64,000 nt of DNA from Escherichia virus TH47. The DNA lies in the sequence record MT446416.1. One strand, given 5' to 3'. The notes below the pieces were generated by a model. The model was not told the DNA's origin, made no database searches, and worked only from the letters and a program-made list of their open reading frames with translations. Below are positions 46,402-56,172 of this stretch, piece after piece (the first letter of the stretch is position 1; each line of letters opens with the position of its first letter). The position numbers and the translations under genes are program-made.

Positions 46402-46940
46402 TTACGGTCCTTTGAAAAGTTCAGTTTAAAAGTTTTACCAAATTCCATTGTAGCTTTACCCAGATTGTTAATATTTTCTTTCAACATTTCTTGCATCTTC
46501 CTAATACTTTCATTCCAGGCTTCTTCTTCTTTGCGGAGGATTGGTCGCAATCGTTCCTGAATATCGTTAAAACGTGTATTGAGTTCAACCAATGATTCAT
46601 ATGTGAAATCTTTCATATCGATGATAGTACTACGTTGAAAGAATTCTTCTTCGGATAAATTACTCAAAATGATTTTATCACTACCAATAGATAATGTCAA
46701 TTCATCATCTTGATTTTTTTTAATTACAATACGTACAGGTGATTTTATAGTAATGTGAACATCATGATTATTAAAAGTTTCAGTTTTGTTTGACGTTCTG
46801 AATTGTAGTCTTCCGGTTAGTGCGTGTACTGGCATTGGTTTCTTTTTACCAGTAATAACATCTTCCCACGAATCAAGGATATTATTAATAATTTTAACAT
46901 AAGGAACTGTCATATATGCACCTATGAAAAATCCACGCAT
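46398..46940 (-). CDS. FQxST-motif paralog family member (up to 180 aa)
   Basis: Motif LSEEEFFQRSTIIDMKDFT; the start may instead be at MTVPYVK (46913). Confidence 0.7.
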   Translation of the reverse strand: MRGFFIGAYMTVPYVKIINNILDSWEDVITGKKKPMPVHALTGRLQFRTSNKTETFNNHDVHITIKSPVRIVIKKNQDDELTLSIGSDKIILSNLSEEEFFQRSTIIDMKDFTYESLVELNTRFNDIQERLRPILRKEEEAWNESIRKMQEMLKENINNLGKATMEFGKTFKLNFSKDRK

Positions 46941-46955
46941 AGCGTGGATCTGTAA

Positions 46956-47435
46956 TTAATCGAGTATAGTAACTTCAATCAAACGAATTTCGATGAATTC
47001 GTTTTCAGTTTCCCATGATGAACCTAATTTCTTATTAAGTTCAGTTTTAACATCACTTTTAAATTTTCCCATAGTATTAGGAATAATTTGTTTGGTTAGT
47101 TTGTCATAACCACAATAAAACATAGGTTTCTCCCTTCGAGATATTAGAACAACAAAATCCTTTGGATATGCAGGTATATTATGCATCACTTCATGAATGC
47201 ACTCAGTACTTGAATCTTGTACTTTGTACATTACATTAAGTTTACCTTTGAAAGTGCTAATCATATCAACAATAATACCTTTACCAGATTTAAGTAAAGT
47301 TCCATTCTTTGTATGAGAACAATAGAATACCTCATCACCAATATTAGGATAGTACAAATTAAATTCTAATTCTTCCTTTGATGACTGACGTTGAAATTTC
47401 ATTACACGTTCAGTATAGGTGGGGTAGTTCTTCAT
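46956..47435 (-). CDS. hypothetical protein (159 aa)
   Basis: Start re-picked at MKNYPTY, 2 nt after the methyltransferase stop. Confidence 0.65.
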   Translation of the reverse strand: MKNYPTYTERVMKFQRQSSKEELEFNLYYPNIGDEVFYCSHTKNGTLLKSGKGIIVDMISTFKGKLNVMYKVQDSSTECIHEVMHNIPAYPKDFVVLISRREKPMFYCGYDKLTKQIIPNTMGKFKSDVKTELNKKLGSSWETENEFIEIRLIEVTILD

Positions 47436-47437
47436 GT

Positions 47438-49327
47438 TCAAAAGAATATCTCTCGTAGTAAGTGTGATATAACTGGCATAGTCCATCCATTCCCAAGCAT
47501 TTTATATGCTTGTGTCTTACTAGACACTTTAAAGAAATCTTCAGGAACGCCCTGTAATTTACAACATTCTACTACACTTAAGTGTCTATAGTCAATATTT
47601 CTTTTACCATTCTCTAATAGATATTGACGATTAATCATTGGGTCACGAAACACCAATTGTCGTCTTGATTTATTAAAGTACTGGTTGCAATCACCACCCT
47701 TAAAATAGTTAGCATCTATACAGTACGAAGCGGTCCTGTCAGTGTACCAACCATCTTCAATGATATCTTGAAGTTTAGGGGCATTTGATAATGCAGGTGG
47801 TATAAAAAGCTTATCAGTACTGCACCAGTAGTATCTCTGCCTGAAGTGAGGCGTATAATGCTGGGAATTTATCAGTACTGGTGTCATCTCAAGAACACTA
47901 TTAATATATTGCTTGAAATCTTCTTTCATTTTAACATTCTCGAACAGTACTTTCAAGTCTGGATTGAGACTTTTTATGTGCTCATAAATGTCAACCATTG
48001 TATGAAACAACATTCCACGCGGATCATTTATTCCACCCTGTTTACCTGCAACAGACCAAGATTGACAATTGTGCACAACTATGTTATTTGCGGTATATGT
48101 ATTGTCAACGGCAACTTCAAAATTATATACGGTTTTCCATTCACCTGTCGAAATACTTGTTTTTATACCTTTAACCCATGAATAATTTTCGTCATAAAAA
48201 GCTTCCTCTTTTTTGGGTTTGTCTTTTTTATATGATAAAACATAATACGGTTTTTGGTTTACAATTCGTCCCTCAATAACTTTAGTTTTTTCTGGTTCGG
48301 TAAGGCTTATGTTGGAATGTCTTCCGTAAACGTTCATTATTAATTGTTGGACACCTAATACACAGTCTATTGATGTTGTAGTGAATTTATAACAATTACT
48401 ATCAATATGACCATCTGCATCAAAATATCCATCAAGGAATGCTTTTTGGTTCTGTACACATTCATTGAATAAATCGGGATGAACTTTCTTATTAGATGCA
48501 CCTTTACCCATTTGTTCACAGAATTCAACGAGTTCTTTTGAACATATATAAAATTTATATGATGTTCTTTCTTTGACATAATTATATTTCATGTTCATAC
48601 CTTCAAAACACGAAATCAATTCATCAAATTCATCATGTGCACAACAGATGAAAACTCTATACTGGTAACTATTCTTTCTATTATTACGCTTTACTTTATA
48701 AGTCCATCCGTCACCCATAAAGCGTCCCATAAAATACCAGAATTTTTCATCTTTTGATGATTTACTAGATTCAATTGATTTAACATTACAAAGAAAATGT
48801 TCAGATGTTAATTCGTGTGCCTCAACCCATTCAGGTTCAGTGAAGGATCGTTCAGATTGTCTAATTCTGTTATTCCAGCTAGACGACATTTTTCTAGCAT
48901 AAAATGGATGATTATCAGTGCATTCAATTGGGATATGACCTTGACCAGTTATAATACGGGTTGGTGCTTTTTTAACACCTGTACTCAATACTGGATGATA
49001 TTGTCCAGTATGTGTTAGTACCATGTCACCAACTTGAATGTCTTTAATGTCTTTATGACCTTTATCGGTCATTATCATTGTTCCTTCCGTGAAGCACGGG
49101 AACCCTCCCATGAGAAGGTCAATTTTATCCCACTCAATATCCCATTCTCTCCATTTAGTTACATCACCCAATTGGGTGATATCAGGAAAGTTAGCTTGAG
49201 ATTCAGCTATTGCGTACTTGTCAATTTCGGATGAATAATATTTTTCAACAGGGATACCAGCATCTTTTAATGCCATGTATCCCACACTCATCCCATTAAA
49301 AAGAGATAGTACTCGGATAGGTTTCAT
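47438..49327 (-). CDS. DNA (cytosine-5) methyltransferase precursor containing an intein (629 aa; 286 aa after splicing)
   Basis: Motif I LSLFNGMSVG; motif IV GGFP|C..intein..HN|CQSWSVAG; ENV (VLFENVKM); QRYYW; ECCKLQGVPEDF; MLGNGWTMPV. Confidence 0.9.
   Translation of the reverse strand: MKPIRVLSLFNGMSVGYMALKDAGIPVEKYYSSEIDKYAIAESQANFPDITQLGDVTKWREWDIEWDKIDLLMGGFPCFTEGTMIMTDKGHKDIKDIQVGDMVLTHTGQYHPVLSTGVKKAPTRIITGQGHIPIECTDNHPFYARKMSSSWNNRIRQSERSFTEPEWVEAHELTSEHFLCNVKSIESSKSSKDEKFWYFMGRFMGDGWTYKVKRNNRKNSYQYRVFICCAHDEFDELISCFEGMNMKYNYVKERTSYKFYICSKELVEFCEQMGKGASNKKVHPDLFNECVQNQKAFLDGYFDADGHIDSNCYKFTTTSIDCVLGVQQLIMNVYGRHSNISLTEPEKTKVIEGRIVNQKPYYVLSYKKDKPKKEEAFYDENYSWVKGIKTSISTGEWKTVYNFEVAVDNTYTANNIVVHNCQSWSVAGKQGGINDPRGMLFHTMVDIYEHIKSLNPDLKVLFENVKMKEDFKQYINSVLEMTPVLINSQHYTPHFRQRYYWCSTDKLFIPPALSNAPKLQDIIEDGWYTDRTASYCIDANYFKGGDCNQYFNKSRRQLVFRDPMINRQYLLENGKRNIDYRHLSVVECCKLQGVPEDFFKVSSKTQAYKMLGNGWTMPVISHLLREIFF
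48068..49096 (-). mobile_element. intein with LAGLIDADG homing-endonuclease domain (343 aa, residues C78-N420)
   Basis: Starts CFTEGTMIMT; block B VLTHTGQYHP; LAGLIDADG motifs FWYFMGRFMGDGW and KAFLDGYFDADGH; ends NNIVVHN followed by the +1 Cys of the PCQ motif. Confidence 0.88.
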
Positions 49328-49379
49328 ATAAAATCCTTTTTATATTGTTAAGGTACTATAATATATTATAGCATCTTAT

Positions 49380-49631
49380 TTAGAAATCTCCCAAACTTTT
49401 TTCATCACACCATCGTGATGTGCAGATGATTGCAGATGCCAAAATTGAAGCACTTGCTCGGCCTCCACCGAGTAAGTACTGGCTAATGACACCAATCATA
49501 TTGAAGACTTTATCATACTCAGCAAGGAGTTCGAAATCCTTCTTCCAACATTGATATTCTTCTTCAGTAACATTAAACTCATCACCAAGTTCATTTAAAA
49601 TCTTTTTTAGTACTGCACGATGTTCACTCAT
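49380..49631 (-). CDS. hypothetical protein (83 aa)
   Basis: Start re-picked at MSEHRAVLKK. A 25-codon upstream ORF (MTEKPKEPLDRDDDFYDERYGESDE) overlaps it. Confidence 0.55.
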   Translation of the reverse strand: MSEHRAVLKKILNELGDEFNVTEEEYQCWKKDFELLAEYDKVFNMIGVISQYLLGGGRASASILASAIICTSRWCDEKSLGDF

Positions 49632-49709
49632 CGGATTCCCCATATCGTTCGTCGTAAAAATCATCATCACGGTCCAACGGTTCTTTTGGTTTTTCTGTCA
49701 TATATTTCC

Positions 49710-49970
49710 TCACATGGTAAATGTATTATCACCATCCATATCTTCATCTGTAGCTTCAGCTAAGGTCTTAATCGTCAATAATTCACGCTTCACGTACAAC
49801 ATGAAGACCTTTTCATAATTACCAAACATCATCTCAGGTGACATGTAATTCTCCGTTACAATGACGATTGGGCGGCCCTGTGACAGCATACGAAACATAG
49901 TACGGTATTTGTCAAAGGTGCGAAATTCATCCATGTTCATCATGTGGCGTTTACGAACTACTTTAGTCAT
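49710..49970 (-). CDS. hypothetical protein (86 aa)
   Basis: ORF track. Confidence 0.6.
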   Translation of the reverse strand: MTKVVRKRHMMNMDEFRTFDKYRTMFRMLSQGRPIVIVTENYMSPEMMFGNYEKVFMLYVKRELLTIKTLAEATDEDMDGDNTFTM

Positions 49971-49984
49971 TTTGATACCTTTAG

Positions 49985-50440
49985 TTAATTGAACTCGATT
50001 TCTGGATAATGATTATAGAACATCTCACGTACTGCGTCAAGCTGTTCTTTAAATTTCTCAATGTCATCAAGAGTTAGTACAGTATCACTAACAGTACTCA
50101 ACTGAAAAAGTGTCTCTTCAGTACTGTTTTCTGATAAATCAAATGTACATGATGAATCATCTGATATAATATTATCACATATTTCAAATGTGTCAATATG
50201 AACATCATTGAGTAGATCACCACTATAATCATTATATATGAACACAAAAATGTATGATGGTTTTTTTATCTCAGTTTCTGACTCATAGGCTACCAAATCA
50301 TATGTAACGTAACATTTAAAGTCAGGTGAATCGTATTCCATAGATACAATTCCTATATCACGATATTGATTCGTTTCACTGATTAAATCCGGTATAGGTG
50401 TAATACCAAGTAAATGAAAAAACTGTCCTGGATTTAGCAT
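49985..50440 (-). CDS. FQxST-motif paralog family member (151 aa)
   Basis: Motif STEETLFQLSTVSDTVLT. Confidence 0.7.
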   Translation of the reverse strand: MLNPGQFFHLLGITPIPDLISETNQYRDIGIVSMEYDSPDFKCYVTYDLVAYESETEIKKPSYIFVFIYNDYSGDLLNDVHIDTFEICDNIISDDSSCTFDLSENSTEETLFQLSTVSDTVLTLDDIEKFKEQLDAVREMFYNHYPEIEFN

Positions 50441-50889
50441 TTGATTACCTTCGGGTTTTGCTCTGTGATATCAAACATAGATAGAACGAAATCATTTAGC
50501 TTTTCAACACAATTGATTATAGTGCTTAAATCAGAATAACTAACTGTTAAATTTTTAACAAGAGATTCCTGAAAGTATCCTTCTTCAGTTGAGCAATAAC
50601 TCACATTTGAGATAGTCTCATAATGTATATCTTTGCTTGTTTTACATGTTATAATTTCTATTATATCCGATGTTGTGTTATATAATAATATAAATGTTGT
50701 TGTTCGTGAATTCTTATTGTAAAATGCGAGTTCTGTGCTGTCATATGTTTTCTCAATAAGAACATTGTACTCTTCCGAAAATGATGTGGAAATTCTAATT
50801 ATCTCTTCTGGATCAGGAACATAAGAGCCATCAAATTTACAAGACAATGCAATTTCAAAATGATTTTTTATTTCATCAATTTTCATCAT
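50434..50889 (-). CDS. FQxST-motif paralog family member (151 aa)
   Basis: Motif STEEGYFQESLVKNLTVS; ATGA overlap with the upstream stop. Confidence 0.7.
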   Translation of the reverse strand: MMKIDEIKNHFEIALSCKFDGSYVPDPEEIIRISTSFSEEYNVLIEKTYDSTELAFYNKNSRTTTFILLYNTTSDIIEIITCKTSKDIHYETISNVSYCSTEEGYFQESLVKNLTVSYSDLSTIINCVEKLNDFVLSMFDITEQNPKVIKC

Positions 50890-51260
50890 AGCTCACCATT
50901 TAATTTGCTATTTACATATTCTAATGCTTTTTTAGCAATGCCAATTTCGGTAACTCCTATTACATTTTTCTCGATTAACGACAATTGAAATAGTTCATCT
51001 TCATCAATATCAATACTATGGGTTCTTGACCAATAATAATTGAAGTCATATGCATATCGTATTGTATTTTCTTTAATATCAAGTACCAATATGACCATAC
51101 CATCGTGTAGGTATGTCAGTGTTTTTCCGTATATATTAAAAATTAACCTATCTGGTGTACCCAATGGAAGATGAATTATATTTTGTGTAGTTCCAACAAT
51201 AACAAAATCATTATCTATATTTTTATTCAAGTCACCTAGAATGTCATATATAGTAGTCAT
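50886..51260 (-). CDS. FQxST-motif paralog family member (124 aa)
   Basis: Start re-picked at MTTIYDIL; motif DEDELFQLSLIEKNVIGVT. Confidence 0.7.
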   Translation of the reverse strand: MTTIYDILGDLNKNIDNDFVIVGTTQNIIHLPLGTPDRLIFNIYGKTLTYLHDGMVILVLDIKENTIRYAYDFNYYWSRTHSIDIDEDELFQLSLIEKNVIGVTEIGIAKKALEYVNSKLNGEL

Positions 51261-51261
51261 G

Positions 51262-51666
51262 TTAATCTTGACCCTCAGCATTTCTGATGATTCGCATTAC
51301 TTCTCTGGATAGGTCGAATACTTTTTTATAGTACTCAAATGTAACTGAACCAAAATCATTAACAGTACTATCCATGAAGAACGATTCTTCGGTGCAATAC
51401 ACACCTGTAATTGAAACATGCTCTTGATGGAATTTAGCATCTTTCCAGTAACGGAATTCGAAAATAAATTGCCCGTCATGACCAACCCTACAACACTCGG
51501 CACGGTCACTGTCTACACAGCTAATCACAATATCCCTCTCGGAGTCATACCAGATATTTCCAATATTTGTTTCAATAACTGCATAATCAATTTTTGTAGA
51601 ATTGGGAATTAAACCTTTTTTTACCAGTACTAGACTGGTATTATCAATATCCAGAAAACTTACCAT
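51262..51666 (-). CDS. FQxST-motif paralog family member (134 aa)
   Basis: Motif CTEESFFMDSTVNDFGSVT. Confidence 0.7.
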   Translation of the reverse strand: MVSFLDIDNTSLVLVKKGLIPNSTKIDYAVIETNIGNIWYDSERDIVISCVDSDRAECCRVGHDGQFIFEFRYWKDAKFHQEHVSITGVYCTEESFFMDSTVNDFGSVTFEYYKKVFDLSREVMRIIRNAEGQD

Positions 51667-51667
51667 A

Positions 51668-52078
51668 TCAACTCCCCACTATTACTGTGTTTTTAATTTC
51701 TAACAATTCACTATACATCTTCTTCAATTGTACAATATCTTCATATAAAATACCACCCATATCATCAATCAAAGAACGTTGAAATAGTGATTCATCTGAC
51801 TGTATTGTGTCCAAATCAGAAATTTTCAAAACTGTATCTGGGTTTAGTGTGTTTACAATAAGTTTGTTTGTGTATGGTACGTATGTGATCTTGATATTCA
51901 TTTCTGAATCAAGGGCATACAACCTCAAAACTGACAAATCACCACAAAGTTGGATTTTTGGTTCATCAAACTCATCAGACCACCACATAGTACTAGTCAT
52001 ATAATTGACGTGTTGGTTCAAATGTGATATATCCAAATCGAAATAATATTTTAGTTCATTGTGTAAATCTAAACTCAT
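51668..52078 (-). CDS. FQxST-motif paralog family member (136 aa)
   Basis: Motif QSDESLFQRSLIDDMGGIL. Confidence 0.7.
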   Translation of the reverse strand: MSLDLHNELKYYFDLDISHLNQHVNYMTSTMWWSDEFDEPKIQLCGDLSVLRLYALDSEMNIKITYVPYTNKLIVNTLNPDTVLKISDLDTIQSDESLFQRSLIDDMGGILYEDIVQLKKMYSELLEIKNTVIVGS

Positions 52079-52133
52079 AAATTTATCCTCTATGCATCAT
52101 TATCTTACATTGTAGGATAAACCCACGATAATG

Positions 52134-52529
52134 TCAAGATGTGAATTGCTTATACCAGTGATACAATTCTTTTAATTCTTCAGTACTGAATAGAACATCT
52201 TCAATCGTTGTTTGTTGGAAGTGGTAATCTTCGTTTAAGTACATTGAAATATTTTTATATACTTTTCGATTACATTTTCCAAGAAACGATGTTCTTTTGG
52301 ATGTGTATTCAATAAATGTTAACTTATCTAATTCTATATCCAATGACAATTTAGTACAGTATTCAGTATCATCTACGTACATAAGTTTATTTGAATAACA
52401 ATCAACTGTGATATATTCTTTATGTGAGAATTGATATATACCATTAAATTTTTTACCATTTGTACTTCTGAATTTTTCAAGGTAATAAGATAGTGGTTTA
52501 GATATTGTACTACCAATAGTATTATTCAT
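52134..52529 (-). CDS. FQxST-motif paralog family member (131 aa)
   Basis: Motif LNEDYHFQQTTIEDVLFST. Confidence 0.7.
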   Translation of the reverse strand: MNNTIGSTISKPLSYYLEKFRSTNGKKFNGIYQFSHKEYITVDCYSNKLMYVDDTEYCTKLSLDIELDKLTFIEYTSKRTSFLGKCNRKVYKNISMYLNEDYHFQQTTIEDVLFSTEELKELYHWYKQFTS

Positions 52530-52551
52530 AGAACCTCAAAATTTAGACAAG

Positions 52552-52576
52552 AAAAATGCCCCGAAGATCGGGGCAG
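52552..52576 (-). terminator. intrinsic terminator
   Basis: Minus RNA UGCCCCG-aucuu-CGGGGCA plus UUUUUC. Confidence 0.75.
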
Positions 52577-52691
52577 TACGAAAAAGATTTTGTACAAAAA
52601 AGGGGAATAATACAATCAAATAAAATGATAACGTATCATTATTATGTAAGGGAGGAAAGTAACATGATAATGTTAACCATTGCTGGTATAA

Positions 52692-53243
52692 TTATTTATC
52701 ATTTAATTCTTTTAATTGAGCTTGTATATCACCAGAAAGTTTGCGGATTTTCTTGAAACAGTACACGCTATCATCAAGTTCAAGTTCTAGACCGTGAGTG
52801 ATTGCATAAAGCATTTCAGCAAGCACTAGATCCTGACGCATCCAGTTACCATTCTTATAGGTTGTCATTACACAATACGGACAGTGGCTGTTTCCGGTTT
52901 GTTTACCCAGGAATACAGATTGGATTGTATCATGCTTGAAACCTACAAAAGATTGGTTGATCTTATTGATTTCAGCTACAACGTCCATTTGTGCACCAGT
53001 GTTAATTGCAAACACTTCATCACCGTTCTCGGTTTTGTTGATGTTTAGTTCAATATCACTACCAAGTTTACGAACAGCCAATGTATAAAGTAGGATTTCA
53101 TACATATCATAATTAGTTGTTTCGCCATTTGGTGCAGTTACATCGAGACTAACACCATGCATTTTTACTTCAGTACTGAATCCATCTTTATCTGCTAGAA
53201 AATCAGTGATTTGTTCAGTTAGGATTTTAATTTGGTCAATCAT
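52692..53243 (-). CDS. hypothetical protein (183 aa)
   Basis: ORF track. Confidence 0.7.
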   Translation of the reverse strand: MIDQIKILTEQITDFLADKDGFSTEVKMHGVSLDVTAPNGETTNYDMYEILLYTLAVRKLGSDIELNINKTENGDEVFAINTGAQMDVVAEINKINQSFVGFKHDTIQSVFLGKQTGNSHCPYCVMTTYKNGNWMRQDLVLAEMLYAITHGLELELDDSVYCFKKIRKLSGDIQAQLKELNDK

Positions 53244-53261
53244 TATTCATATCCTTATGTT

Positions 53262-53289
53262 GGAAAAGCCCCCATTACGGAGGCTTTTT
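53262..53289. terminator. intrinsic terminator (A- and T-tracts on both sides)
   Basis: AAAA-GCCCCC-attac-GGAGGC-TTTTT. Confidence 0.65.
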
Positions 53290-53296
53290 AATCTAA

Positions 53297-53725
53297 TTAT
53301 AGGGAAGCTTCGTATTCAGCTACAATGTCAACCATCTCATTGACAAAGTTGATGTGGTCATGAGTTACTGTGCGGAAATCATAAACCAGTGATTGTTGGA
53401 AGAATACGTCTTCAGCCAGATTACCTTCAAAGTTCAGGTCGATGTTTTCTTCATCGTTGGTCGGAGCAACTTTGATATTTAGTTGATTTTCATCAACAAC
53501 CAATTTCACAACACAACCCAATGCAATCGCCAGTACATAAGCAGGTTTCTTCGCCGCTTCAGAACGGAATGGAGCACGTAGAGCACAAATGGTGCTGCTA
53601 ATCTCATCATTCTGTTCTTTATATTTAACGTTAATCATCAGTTCTTCAATTTTGACGCTCTCGATTACACGACCAGTTTCAGCAGCGAAGAAAGAGTGGT
53701 TACGGATAGTTTGTTCGATATTCAT
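53297..53725 (-). CDS. FQxST-motif paralog family member (142 aa)
   Basis: Motif LAEDVFFQQSLVYDFRTVT. Confidence 0.7.
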   Translation of the reverse strand: MNIEQTIRNHSFFAAETGRVIESVKIEELMINVKYKEQNDEISSTICALRAPFRSEAAKKPAYVLAIALGCVVKLVVDENQLNIKVAPTNDEENIDLNFEGNLAEDVFFQQSLVYDFRTVTHDHINFVNEMVDIVAEYEASL

Positions 53726-53728
53726 GTG

Positions 53729-53923
53729 TTATTCCTTATATAGATTGCTAAAGTTACGAAGATTACGGTTTGCTTTAAACTGTTTTAAATCACCAAATCT
53801 ATCATCAACGATAAAAGTGGCAGCCTGTTTTGATTGGCATATTGTACAAATCAACATACCCTGTATTGTATACTCGGTTGAACAATTTGTACAGTACTTT
53901 TTTTCATAAAGTTCAGTACTCAT
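53729..53923 (-). CDS. small zinc-ribbon protein (64 aa)
   Basis: CTNC...CTIC Cys pairs. Confidence 0.55.
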   Translation of the reverse strand: MSTELYEKKYCTNCSTEYTIQGMLICTICQSKQAATFIVDDRFGDLKQFKANRNLRNFSNLYKE

Positions 53924-54255
53924 AAAACCTTCACATCACTACGTTTATCTCTTTCTTCTTTCTTTACCTCATCGGAGCGGGTATCTTCTAATTGTAACAC
54001 AACTTCTTTCAGAATGTCAACATCAATCATTGCTTCTTTGTATTGAAAGTCGTTTACGCCGAAAATATACTTCAATGCAACCCATACACGTTTGTACCAT
54101 TTTAAGAAAGGATTCAAACGCATACTCACCAGACATTGACCAAGTTTATCATCTCCATGTTCTTGTGTCAAGTCAAATTGTGAAATGTGAACACAATGTT
54201 CCGTATTATCGCCACAACTACAACGTACTATAAATTCTTTGCTGTCTTTGCTCAT
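53920..54255 (-). CDS. hypothetical protein (111 aa)
   Basis: ORF track. Confidence 0.6.
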   Translation of the reverse strand: MSKDSKEFIVRCSCGDNTEHCVHISQFDLTQEHGDDKLGQCLVSMRLNPFLKWYKRVWVALKYIFGVNDFQYKEAMIDVDILKEVVLQLEDTRSDEVKKEERDKRSDVKVL

Positions 54256-54674
54256 ACTGGATAAGCCTTCATAAATTGTTTTAGAACTCCAAACTTAGAA
54301 GCACTGTAATCATACTGATAACTTAGCTCACGTTTATCATTCATTCGATAAACCATATGATTGTTTGGATAACCAATTCTAACAGGTTTGATAGGATTTG
54401 CAAGCAAAATTGCCCATTCTTTTACAGGAAAAACGTTTTCAGATAACATCTTCACATCTTTACTGTAATACTTCATTGCTTGGGTACAGTGCTTGTAATC
54501 TTCTGCACTCAGTTCTTCACACACAACACTGTGCGTTTCAGTACTGGATACCCATGTCTCTTCTTCATAATATAAGTCAATTACATCTTCTACGGTATAG
54601 CTATCAGGTAGATCATAATATACCCAATTACTAAAACCAGAGCTTACACCAACTCGAATTCGATAGTACTTCAT
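54252..54674 (-). CDS. hypothetical protein (140 aa)
   Basis: ORF track. Confidence 0.7.
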   Translation of the reverse strand: MKYYRIRVGVSSGFSNWVYYDLPDSYTVEDVIDLYYEEETWVSSTETHSVVCEELSAEDYKHCTQAMKYYSKDVKMLSENVFPVKEWAILLANPIKPVRIGYPNNHMVYRMNDKRELSYQYDYSASKFGVLKQFMKAYPV

Positions 54675-54838
54675 ATTTTTTTATCATCCGATTTTACGTA
54701 ATAGTAACATACAATGCAGTGAATTACAAGAAGAATAATTTCTAATACATTCAGTGCCACGACATGCCCTTGTGGGACCGTAAGTGCCAATAACAACATT
54801 ATAGTAGGTATTACGAATATTGTCCATGTTTTTTTCAT
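54671..54838 (-). CDS. small two-pass membrane protein (55 aa), not in the ORF track
   Basis: MKKTWTIFVIPTIMLLLALTVPQGHVVALNVLEIILLVIHCIVCYYYVKSDDKKI; ATGA overlaps at both ends. Confidence 0.5.
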   Translation of the reverse strand: MKKTWTIFVIPTIMLLLALTVPQGHVVALNVLEIILLVIHCIVCYYYVKSDDKKI

Positions 54839-55071
54839 TTTATTTCCTTAATGTAGGCAAATGGTAAAAATACAACCTCTACACCAGGGAATGTTGTTGC
54901 AAGTGCATCAACTATAGACTTGTTTTTGTTACATTGCCAAACTTTTGTAACTTTGTGCTGAAATACTTTACCATCTTTTACTAGCCAATACATTTGCATC
55001 TTAACAGTACAGTTATCAGATGGTATTAGTAAATCCTCTATATCATATGAATTAAAGATTCTCTCGTTCAT
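54835..55071 (-). CDS. hypothetical protein (78 aa)
   Basis: ORF track. Confidence 0.55.
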   Translation of the reverse strand: MNERIFNSYDIEDLLIPSDNCTVKMQMYWLVKDGKVFQHKVTKVWQCNKNKSIVDALATTFPGVEVVFLPFAYIKEIK

Positions 55072-55330
55072 ACAATCTCCTAGTGAAAAAAGCCAGATTC
55101 TTTCTTATATACTCGGCGACACAATCAGTAGTCTGTGTATTTGTGAATGCAACAACTTCATTCGATACACCATTCCCATTACACAATGGACAAATCCCCA
55201 TATACTTAGGTGTTGGAACTGTATCTAGTTTATATTTCCCTGAAGATATCATGTATTGTTGTGGTAATACATCCAAAGAAATAATATAATCATCATCGAA
55301 TTGCTTACAACATACCCAACATTTACTCAT
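55052..55330 (-). CDS. zinc-ribbon protein (92 aa)
   Basis: CWVCC...CPLCNGNG. Confidence 0.6.
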   Translation of the reverse strand: MSKCWVCCKQFDDDYIISLDVLPQQYMISSGKYKLDTVPTPKYMGICPLCNGNGVSNEVVAFTNTQTTDCVAEYIRKNLAFFTRRLYERENL

Positions 55331-55814
55331 TGTGGTTCTCCTTCAAAACAATTCTTATATCTTCGAATGTTTGAACAAACCAGTCATGCTCATCAGATAC
55401 ATCAACCACCTTCCCACCATAAACATAGTAATGATAGAAGGGTAACTTACTTTTCCTCAATCGTTCAGCAAGTTCTGGGTTTTGAAATATCTTAGCACAT
55501 ATTGCATCCTGGATACAAGAAATGCATTCGGGTGTCATTTCAATACGGTCGTGCATATACTTGTTCGCCGCTGCTTTTGCAGCAGCACCCGACACTTTTC
55601 TAAGATCATCATGTTTCTGGCCTGTTAAAAACCAAAAATAAAAAGTTTCTACCGATGGGAACCAACCGTATGGTTCTAAGGTAAAACTATGTGACGAAAA
55701 GTTAGATAGATCCCTACCTAACTTAGTTTTAGCTTTACTATAGATATTAATGTGTCTGTATCCGTCATCAGTAGGGTCAATATAGTTAAATGACTCTTCA
55801 GGAAATTCAAACAT
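55323..55814 (-). CDS. hypothetical protein (163 aa)
   Basis: ORF track. Confidence 0.7.
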   Translation of the reverse strand: MFEFPEESFNYIDPTDDGYRHINIYSKAKTKLGRDLSNFSSHSFTLEPYGWFPSVETFYFWFLTGQKHDDLRKVSGAAAKAAANKYMHDRIEMTPECISCIQDAICAKIFQNPELAERLRKSKLPFYHYYVYGGKVVDVSDEHDWFVQTFEDIRIVLKENHNE

Positions 55815-55816
55815 AA

Positions 55817-56170
55817 TTACTCTTCTTCACCAGATGGTGTACCACGCAGTTTATCAAAATCAACCCAAATACCATGCTGGTTTTTGAAGCGACATTTCTC
55901 ATAGTACCAGCTATAGTCGGTTTCAACACCCTGAGAAATTGAACGAACACTACAGTCATACATATTGTATAAATGTGTACGTACAATGAATGTTCCTATA
56001 AGAAGAACAAACACAACAATCCCAGTACAGATCTTTGGATGATCCATAATTAGGTCCAACACAGAACTGGTTTCAGTACTATCAATTTTACTACGACCGA
56101 TAGCAACAACTTTCAGTACTGCTAATGATACCAGTAATGAAATAACAAGAACACTCAAATAAATTAGCAT
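55817..56170 (-). CDS. two-pass membrane protein (117 aa)
   Basis: ORF track; hydrophobic segments at residues 1-23 and ~45-65. Confidence 0.65.
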   Translation of the reverse strand: MLIYLSVLVISLLVSLAVLKVVAIGRSKIDSTETSSVLDLIMDHPKICTGIVVFVLLIGTFIVRTHLYNMYDCSVRSISQGVETDYSWYYEKCRFKNQHGIWVDFDKLRGTPSGEEE

Positions 56171-56172
56171 AT

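Noticed and set aside
47438-49327. The C5 methyltransferase targeting CAGTACTG/AGTACT as the explanation for the motif excess
   Set aside because: Nothing in the sequence links the enzyme's target-recognition domain to this site, and sites of modification/restriction systems are usually avoided rather than enriched. This is kept only as a test suggestion, not a claim.
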